20,000 bases of DNA from an uncultured virus (IMG/VR IMGVR_UViG_3300020477_000020) (lineage: Duplodnaviria > Heunggongvirae > Uroviricota > Caudoviricetes): the IMG/VR virus record IMGVR_UViG_3300020477_000020; one strand, given 5' to 3'. A program made the translations under genes and the position numbers. Under the pieces are notes generated by a model that saw nothing but the letters and a program-made list of their open reading frames with translations, was not told the origin of the DNA and did not search any database. Below are positions 8,897 through 14,784 of the stretch, piece by piece (within the stretch, counting starts at the first letter, position 1; the number at the start of each line of letters is the position of its first letter).

Positions 8897-10223
8897 TAGG
8901 AAAACCCTCCGTTGAAACAGTCTTATCTTTTATAAGGCTCAAAGATGTTTGATGATTTTCGGTATCAAAACTATTAATAACATCCGAAACCAACCAGTTG
9001 CCTGAAAATTTTGTTGGTTCTATACGTTCTATTCCCGATGTACCAGCCATTTCTGGTATACTAAAATCAACAACTTGGCCAGGCATTAAATCTGTATCAC
9101 CCAATATAGTTATAGAGCATGTCATGCTAGTTAGTTGTTGTGTGTATCCCATTCTGTGGCCTTGTATGTACTCAAAGAATTGATTATATCTTGAGTTGTC
9201 CTTCAACAACAATGTTTCATAATTATCATTTGTTTGAAATATCTTTTGCCACTCTTTATCAACTAGAAATGTTTCACCTAGTGTGGCTGCTCTATCTTCA
9301 GTACGATAATTATAATGTATATCAGTAAAGTTTTGATTAATTAAATTTATAGTTCGAACTTTGTTTTTAAATGCTCCAGATGCAGTGCGTTCTAATGTAT
9401 CTGCAAGATTAACGCCTCCTATGTTTTCTACCTTTCTTAAAGGATCAACAGGATCAGTCATATCTTCAGTAGGTTTATACGAAAACACTAAACCATTTTC
9501 TTTTACCTTACTAATACCCTCTTTAATTAGTCTCTCTATATTATGAAAACAATACCCATCAAAGGTTTCATAATACAAGAACAAATTCATTGGTGTACCC
9601 TTACCTAAAGCTCTCCTTGCACAAAACTCAATGGCATCGTCTGGTTGTAATCCTGGAATAATAAAATCTTGCATACCATCTGTTGGATGTACATCAAAAG
9701 GTCTTACATTAAAGCTAACAAATGGAGAATATACTTTATCACCAAAGTAGTTTTTATAAACACCATTACTAACAATATCATTTAAATATATTGAGGCTGC
9801 AGTTTGACCATACTCCAAATTTGTGAATGCTCTGTTAACACTTCCAATTGTACTAATTAAAGACTCTTTTGTTACACAATGCATTGTTAACAAGGATGTT
9901 TGGTTTTGTTGAGAAAAATCTATACCATCAATATGATGTACAAACATCTCAAGTCTTACTTCTTTCTTCTCCGGAGTCTTAAAATGAAGAATAAGAAACT
10001 CTTGCCCTTGTATACCTATTTTGTTATATCTTGTTAACGTACCCTCTGACTCAGTAAACTCCACCGTTGCTGTTATATGATTGCTATTCAAACTTTGTAT
10101 AACAGATAACGAAGGATTGTATTTTAGAAGATCAAATTCTTGCGTTTTCAATCCTTTTTCATCAAGGACAAATAAAACACAAGCAAGTATCTCTGGTTTA
10201 CCAAGTCCGGGTTGACTAGCCAT
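8889..10223 (-). CDS. Baseplate hub protein, gp27/GPD-like
   Basis: 444 aa between gp53 and gp5. Contains FLYYETFDGYCFHNIERLI and a C-terminal ILGDTDLMPGQVVDF..FSGNWLVSDV, resembling gp27/GPD/VgrG hub signatures. Confidence 0.65.
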   Translation of the reverse strand: MASQPGLGKPEILACVLFVLDEKGLKTQEFDLLKYNPSLSVIQSLNSNHITATVEFTESEGTLTRYNKIGIQGQEFLILHFKTPEKKEVRLEMFVHHIDGIDFSQQNQTSLLTMHCVTKESLISTIGSVNRAFTNLEYGQTAASIYLNDIVSNGVYKNYFGDKVYSPFVSFNVRPFDVHPTDGMQDFIIPGLQPDDAIEFCARRALGKGTPMNLFLYYETFDGYCFHNIERLIKEGISKVKENGLVFSYKPTEDMTDPVDPLRKVENIGGVNLADTLERTASGAFKNKVRTINLINQNFTDIHYNYRTEDRAATLGETFLVDKEWQKIFQTNDNYETLLLKDNSRYNQFFEYIQGHRMGYTQQLTSMTCSITILGDTDLMPGQVVDFSIPEMAGTSGIERIEPTKFSGNWLVSDVINSFDTENHQTSLSLIKDKTVSTEGFPNG

Positions 10224-10746
10224 CTGTCTTAAATAATCTCTTTAAATCTGCCATAATAATAGGAAGGTATTGTGAATCGATTAATTTTATAAATCTTCTG
10301 TTTTCATTAATACGATCATAATGATTATAGGCATATACTGGTTGATAGTCACTAGCAAGAATATATTTTGCACTAGTAGAATATGTAAACGTATCTTCTG
10401 ATATAGTAAGGTCTTTTGTCTTGTGTTCATAATGTAGAACAGTAGCTTGAGCTGTTGGAACGCTCCCATACTTCTTTGTCATCCATCTATCAAACTCTCT
10501 TTGTGACAAAGGCCACTCGTAGTATGGATCAATAGAAACATTTGGTAACAACACTACCCAAGCTAGTCTTGGATCGTCATAATATAGCTCTGCAATAACG
10601 TCAGGCCTAGTGTGTTCTGATTGGATAACAAAGTCGTTCAATGCAAAATTAACATCAAATGTAAAGCTAGTTAGCTTAATACCTCTTATAATATCAGTAA
10701 TGTCAACATTTTTGAAGTTTGTTTTTGGTAGTTTATTAAAAAGCAT
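10216..10746 (-). CDS. gp53: Baseplate wedge subunit gp53 (LysM-like)
   Basis: RPDVIAELYYDDPRLAWVVLLPN..DPYYEWPLSQ..KKYG..HYE..NENRRFIKLI. Confidence 0.92.
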   Translation of the reverse strand: MLFNKLPKTNFKNVDITDIIRGIKLTSFTFDVNFALNDFVIQSEHTRPDVIAELYYDDPRLAWVVLLPNVSIDPYYEWPLSQREFDRWMTKKYGSVPTAQATVLHYEHKTKDLTISEDTFTYSTSAKYILASDYQPVYAYNHYDRINENRRFIKLIDSQYLPIIMADLKRLFKTDG

Positions 10747-11708
10747 TAGAATGGTCCTACTTGCACGGCGCCTACAGGTAGTGTTCCTCCACCCTTACTT
10801 GGATCATAATCATCACCTCTCCAAAAATCAATCTCTTTAAAACTAAGAGTGAGATCTCGACCTAATGGTTGACCATCTCTGTAAAATTGCACACCTTCTG
10901 ACGTATGATTTATTGCAACTGATGTCACATGACAAGGTTTAAACAATATTGTATTCATTGCAGCACCAGTTGACATCGAACCTGTAAGCAATGCTAAATG
11001 AGCCTCATGAGGATAGTTTAATGTTAAACCACCGGTTGTCTTATTTCGTATTGGTAATGACCTTTGTCTAATAATGTTTGTTAGTTTATTAATTTGGTAA
11101 GCCTCTTGCTCGTTGTTTGGAATTAATTTAAACGTAAAGCTAAAGTCTCTAAGATTAACTCCTCTGAATATTGCTGTAATATGAGGATTAGGAGCTTGAC
11201 CCAATGCATTACCAATAACCGCTGCAATGTCTCCACCTCCACCTACTGCTGCAGCAACAGCAGCTGCCGCATCTGCAGGCTTCATATCTTTCATCTTTGA
11301 GGCACCTGACTTGATCTTCTTTCTTACCTCTCCAATATATGCATTCATTGCTTTAAAACCCTTCTCTTGAAAGGTTCCTCCAGAACTCATTGCAGCACCA
11401 ATTGTATCAATGCTACCAGCAATCTCCTTAGCGGCAGTTCCCATCAGAGCTCCAAGATCCATACTATCATAACTTAACTGTAGACTATCTTGAAGACCGT
11501 TAGTTGGTAGTGGTAATATGATCTGCTCTTTGACAACATACTTTTTTTGCTTTGCAGCAGTGGCATATTTAAATTCTTTGAATGTTAGTGAAAAGAAATT
11601 GTAATCAGACGAGTCCATTGGAAACATTACGGTCTCAGCCTTGCCCTTACTGGCAATAATTGCCTGAGGATCGTTAATTACTTTCTCGTGTTGTGAATTA
11701 AGTGCCAT
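10746..11708 (-). CDS. gp48: Baseplate tail tube cap gp48
   Basis: IILPLP..NPHITAIFRGVNLRDFSFTFKLIPNNEQEA..YP..FKPCHVTSVAIN..LTLSFKEI. SD-like AGGA 8 nt upstream of the ATG. Confidence 0.88.
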   Translation of the reverse strand: MALNSQHEKVINDPQAIIASKGKAETVMFPMDSSDYNFFSLTFKEFKYATAAKQKKYVVKEQIILPLPTNGLQDSLQLSYDSMDLGALMGTAAKEIAGSIDTIGAAMSSGGTFQEKGFKAMNAYIGEVRKKIKSGASKMKDMKPADAAAAVAAAVGGGGDIAAVIGNALGQAPNPHITAIFRGVNLRDFSFTFKLIPNNEQEAYQINKLTNIIRQRSLPIRNKTTGGLTLNYPHEAHLALLTGSMSTGAAMNTILFKPCHVTSVAINHTSEGVQFYRDGQPLGRDLTLSFKEIDFWRGDDYDPSKGGGTLPVGAVQVGPF

Positions 11709-11715
11709 ATAAATA
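11708..11715 (+). promoter_or_regulatory. T4-type late promoter TATAAATA for the gp4 operon
   Basis: Perfect consensus filling the 12-nt divergent intergenic gap, ending 5 nt before the gp4 ATG. Confidence 0.8.
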
Positions 11716-11720
11716 ATCCT

Positions 11721-12164
11721 ATGAGCTACAAGGGATACTACAAACCTAAATATCCATCTAAATACAAAGGTGACCCCACTAATGTTATTTATAGAAGTTT
11801 GTGGGAACGTAAACTAATGATTTACTTAGATAATCACCCTGAAATAGACCAATGGTCGAGTGAGGAATTTGCAATACCATACAAAAGCCCAATAGATGGT
11901 CGGTATCATCGTTACTTTCCAGACTTTTGGGTAAAAAAGAAAGACGGACAAGTAATGGTAATCGAAGTAAAACCTAGAGCTCAGACTGCTCCACCAGATA
12001 TAAAGAAAAAGAATGCCACACCTACAGGTCGAATTAGTAGGAGATATTTGAGAGAAGTAAAAACATGGGGAATAAACGAAGCCAAATGGAAAGCAGCAAA
12101 AGAGTTCTGTGATGATAGAAAATGGGACTTCAAGATAATGACTGAGAAAGAGTTAGGTATCTAA
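11721..12164 (+). CDS. gp4: Head completion nuclease gp4 (TnsA-like PD-(D/E)XK)
   Basis: YKGYYKPKYPSKYKGDPTNVIYRSLWER..WSSEE..RYFPDF..IEVKP..NEAKWKAA..TEKEL. Confidence 0.95.
   Translation: MSYKGYYKPKYPSKYKGDPTNVIYRSLWERKLMIYLDNHPEIDQWSSEEFAIPYKSPIDGRYHRYFPDFWVKKKDGQVMVIEVKPRAQTAPPDIKKKNATPTGRISRRYLREVKTWGINEAKWKAAKEFCDDRKWDFKIMTEKELGI
11786..11793 (-). promoter_or_regulatory. Late promoter TATAAATA for the gp48 baseplate operon, embedded in gp4
   Basis: Perfect consensus on the minus strand about 80 nt upstream of the gp48 ATG. It is the only perfect match seen at the head of that operon. Confidence 0.65.
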
Positions 12165-12733
12165 TGGCTTACTTATTTGCTGATTTGTTGAATCAAGCAC
12201 CAACACAAATACGAAACAACGTTGCTGATGCAAGAAACTGGATTCAAGGCAATGTTCGAACTGTACAGCAATCACAGATTACCAACGCACCATCTGAGAG
12301 AAGAAGCAGAGTACCTCCTTTTGGAGGGATGTGTATGTTTGGATATAATGCAAAGACAAAAGACAAATTACCATATTGGGACAGGTTTCCTTTAGTTATT
12401 CCTATAGGAGGAGCTCCTGGTGGATTTATGGGTATGAACCTGCATTATATTTCACCCATAGCACGGGCAAGATTGTTTGATGCTATGGATCAAGCAGGGA
12501 TAATTAAAGACGGCAATATACGAGCGTCTTACGAGCTGTTAAACAAGGCTTCACGTCTAAAACTATTCAAGCCGTGTGTGAAAAGATATCTAAATAACTA
12601 TGTAAAAACTTCGTTCATATCAATCTATCCAGAAGAATGGAACGTAGCATTATTTTTACCAACAGAGAGATTCGTTGGTGCAGGCAAAGGTAGAGTTTAT
12701 GCAGACTCTGCCGATAAAATAGGAAACATTTAA
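12164..12733 (+). CDS. gp2: DNA end protector gp2
   Basis: MFGYNAKTKDKLPYWDRFPLV..GFMGMNLHYI..FKPCVKRYL..EWNVALFLPTERF. Confidence 0.93.
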   Translation: MAYLFADLLNQAPTQIRNNVADARNWIQGNVRTVQQSQITNAPSERRSRVPPFGGMCMFGYNAKTKDKLPYWDRFPLVIPIGGAPGGFMGMNLHYISPIARARLFDAMDQAGIIKDGNIRASYELLNKASRLKLFKPCVKRYLNNYVKTSFISIYPEEWNVALFLPTERFVGAGKGRVYADSADKIGNI

Positions 12734-13566
12734 TGGCTGATCTTCTTAATAAAGTAGGAGTTGGACTGGGAGCAGTCGGCGCTGGAGTCAATGCTGTCAG
12801 TGGATTATTAGGAATGGGAGCTGACGGAGGTCAGTCTAAGTTTGCTGTTAGCAAGTTGAATTCAAAACTTGGTGAGTTAAACGGCTTACAGAAAACATCT
12901 TTATATCTTGTTGAAATGTCTGTGCCTCCATGTATTGCTGATCAATATAGTGGTCCAGATATGGAGACAATGGCATTTTTATGTAACTCTGCAGTTCTTC
13001 CTGGTAGAACATTTGCACCAATTGAATATAAGCCCCATGGATATGGATTTAGAGCCAACAGAGCAAGTGAAGCAAGAGTTAATGACTTTTCATGTACGTT
13101 TTTTGTTGATGGTGCAAACTTTACGTTAAAATATTTCAACCAGTATATGAATGCTATGGCATACTCAGATTATTCTAAAGGTGTTGATAGTGTTAAACCA
13201 GGTTCAATTCCAAACTCTCCAGGTCTTAGCTTGTACAGAAAAGAATATATTTGTAACATAACAATATCAACCTTTGATGTTGCATCAAATAAGGTGTTAT
13301 CATATGAGATGAGAGAATGCTTTCCGTTACAAATGTCTGATGTGCAAATGGAGTGGGCAGCTCAAGATAGTTTTGAATCGTTGGCTGTTGCATGGACATA
13401 TAAGTATTACGTATTTCGTGAGATTGACCCGCCGCAAGTACCAGCTAATCCAGCAGGTATTCTTGGTCAGATCAAAAACGGAATAGGTCAAGTAAGCAGG
13501 TTGTTGAATAGTCCTGCGGTAAGAAACACAGCACAGGTATTGAGTGTGGCGCGTGCCAATTTTTAA
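12733..13566 (+). CDS. gp54: Tail-tube-fold baseplate protein (gp54 / gp19-like tube initiator)
   Basis: LCNSAVLPGR..FSCTFFVD..YEMRECFPLQMSDVQMEW..LAVAWTYKYY. Position between gp2 and gp26 as in marine T4-like phages. Confidence 0.75.
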   Translation: MADLLNKVGVGLGAVGAGVNAVSGLLGMGADGGQSKFAVSKLNSKLGELNGLQKTSLYLVEMSVPPCIADQYSGPDMETMAFLCNSAVLPGRTFAPIEYKPHGYGFRANRASEARVNDFSCTFFVDGANFTLKYFNQYMNAMAYSDYSKGVDSVKPGSIPNSPGLSLYRKEYICNITISTFDVASNKVLSYEMRECFPLQMSDVQMEWAAQDSFESLAVAWTYKYYVFREIDPPQVPANPAGILGQIKNGIGQVSRLLNSPAVRNTAQVLSVARANF

Positions 13567-13582
13567 TTAATGGAGGAATATA

Positions 13583-14281
13583 ATGGGATTACCAGTAATC
13601 CAACACCCGATCTTTGAATTGAAAAGACCATCAACGGGTGAAAGTATAAAATACAGACCTTTCTTAGTCAAAGAAGAAAAGATCCTACTCATAGCTCAAC
13701 AAGCAGCTGATCCTAACAGTTACATTACAGCTATCAATCAAGTACTAACAAATTGTATGATAGATTGTACACCAACTGAATGGCCAGTTGCTGATACTGA
13801 GTATGCATTTTTACAACTAAGAGCAAATAGTGTCAAGGACTCTTCTAAAATAAACATTTTTGATGAAGAAACAGAAGATTGGGTTGAGGTTGAAGTTGAC
13901 CTAACAAAGATGGAGCTTAACTCTCAGTTTAAGGCTGGACTAATTGACGTGTCTGACGACATTAAACTTGAAGTGAGATACCCAAGATATGAAGACCTTC
14001 TTATTATTCCAGATGGTGAGTCGATGATGGGCAACTCAGAATTTGTTGTATCATGCATCAAAAAGGTTTACCAAGGTGAAGAGGAGTTTGATCTAAGTGA
14101 CTTTAAACCAAAAGAAGTCACTGAGTTTCTCGATCAATTACCAGCAAATGCATGGGCTGATGTTTCAGAATATCTTGTAACGTATCCAAGAGTAAAGCTA
14201 GATGCTGAGTACACTGTTAAAGTTGGTAAGAAGAATGTAAAGAAAACTAGGACGTTGGAGGGTCTGAACGATTTTTTCTAG
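13583..14281 (+). CDS. gp26: Baseplate hub assembly protein gp26
   Basis: MGLPVIQHPIFELKRPSTGESIKYRPFLVKEEKILL..DTEYAFLQLRANSV..LEGLNDFF. Strong SD GGAGG at 13572-13576. Confidence 0.92.
   Translation: MGLPVIQHPIFELKRPSTGESIKYRPFLVKEEKILLIAQQAADPNSYITAINQVLTNCMIDCTPTEWPVADTEYAFLQLRANSVKDSSKINIFDEETEDWVEVEVDLTKMELNSQFKAGLIDVSDDIKLEVRYPRYEDLLIIPDGESMMGNSEFVVSCIKKVYQGEEEFDLSDFKPKEVTEFLDQLPANAWADVSEYLVTYPRVKLDAEYTVKVGKKNVKKTRTLEGLNDFF
14257..14281 (+). promoter_or_regulatory. Candidate -1 programmed ribosomal frameshift cassette
   Basis: GGAGG (14257-14261), a 10-nt spacer, T TTT TTC (14272-14278, X XXY YYZ in the gp26 frame), then TAG. The -1 frame is the gp51 frame. Confidence 0.65.
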
Positions 14282-14451
14282 TAGCGCTGGGCCATAGTAC
14301 GTTAACTAATTACTACATTTCTACGTTCTCAATGGTTCAGCATCATAAATATAGTATAACAGAGATAGAAAACCTATATCCTTTTGAACGTGACTTATAC
14401 TTCGATATGTTAGTACAACATGTACAGGAATTACAAGAAGTGTCGGAGTAG
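14278..14451 (+). CDS. gp51: gp51-like reading frame (baseplate hub assembly catalyst), probably expressed as a gp26-gp51 fusion; missing from the ORF track
   Basis: Manual translation: LVALGHSTLTNYYISTFSMVQHHKYSITEIENLYPFERDLYFDMLVQHVQELQEVSE*, carrying the gp51 signature QHHKYS..E.EN..P.ER..Y. The first ATG (14332) is internal to the conserved part and has no SD. Confidence 0.85.
   Translation, partial: LVALGHSTLTNYYISTFSMVQHHKYSITEIENLYPFERDLYFDMLVQHVQELQEVSE
14344..14351 (+). promoter_or_regulatory. Possible late promoter variant CATAAATA upstream of the EF-hand and tape-measure genes
   Basis: NATAAATA match coinciding with the HKY codons of gp51, so it may simply reflect protein constraint. 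Confidence 0.3.
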
Positions 14452-14454
14452 TAG

Positions 14455-14778
14455 ATGGTTCAAAAGAAACTGCAGAAAGAATCGACTTATAACAAGTACG
14501 ATTTAGATGGGGATGGTGTTGTGACTGATGAAGAACTAGCTAAAATGAAAGAAATTGAAGAACTCGAAATGCAAGAAGATAAGGCCGATGCTCAAAGACG
14601 GATGGCTTGGATCTCTATGATTTGCATTATTGTGTTCACGATTATATTAATGATCCCAGGAATTATACCTGAAACAAGATTAAAGCTATTAGGAGACTTG
14701 TCTGCTTTGTTCTATATTGCTATGGCTGGTATAGTTGGTGCATACATGGGTATGACAGCATATATGAGCAAAAAGTAA
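14455..14778 (+). CDS. Small membrane protein with an N-terminal EF-hand-like loop and two TM helices (holin-like topology)
   Basis: DLDGDGVVTDEE matches the 12-residue EF-hand loop. Hydrophobic segments are MAWISMICIIVFTIILMIPGII and LSALFYIAMAGIVGAYMGMTAY. SD GGAG at 14445-14448. Confidence 0.75.
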   Translation: MVQKKLQKESTYNKYDLDGDGVVTDEELAKMKEIEELEMQEDKADAQRRMAWISMICIIVFTIILMIPGIIPETRLKLLGDLSALFYIAMAGIVGAYMGMTAYMSKK

Positions 14779-14784
14779 AGTATA

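Noticed and set aside
2782..10840. Numerous plus-strand and off-frame ORFs over the baseplate operon (e.g. 2782-3429, 5062-5472, 6375-6827, 6936-7211)
   Set aside because: They mirror well-supported minus-strand genes and have no recognisable motifs.
11721..12164. TnsA-like nuclease motif suggesting a transposon or homing endonuclease
   Set aside because: Sequence and synteny with gp2 and gp48 identify it as core head completion protein gp4. No mobile-element ends were seen.
14332..14451. Stand-alone 39-aa gp51 starting at ATG 14332, or at CTG 14287
   Set aside because: Neither has a suitably spaced SD, and the ATG start truncates the gp51-like sequence upstream. The frameshift model fits better, though low-level independent initiation is not excluded.
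14449..14457. gp51 frame continues in frame into the EF-hand gene across TAG TAG ATG (amber read-through or recoding?)
   Set aside because: It would need double read-through, the downstream gene has its own SD, and TAG behaves as a normal stop for gp5 and gp26. No long genes are interrupted by TAG.
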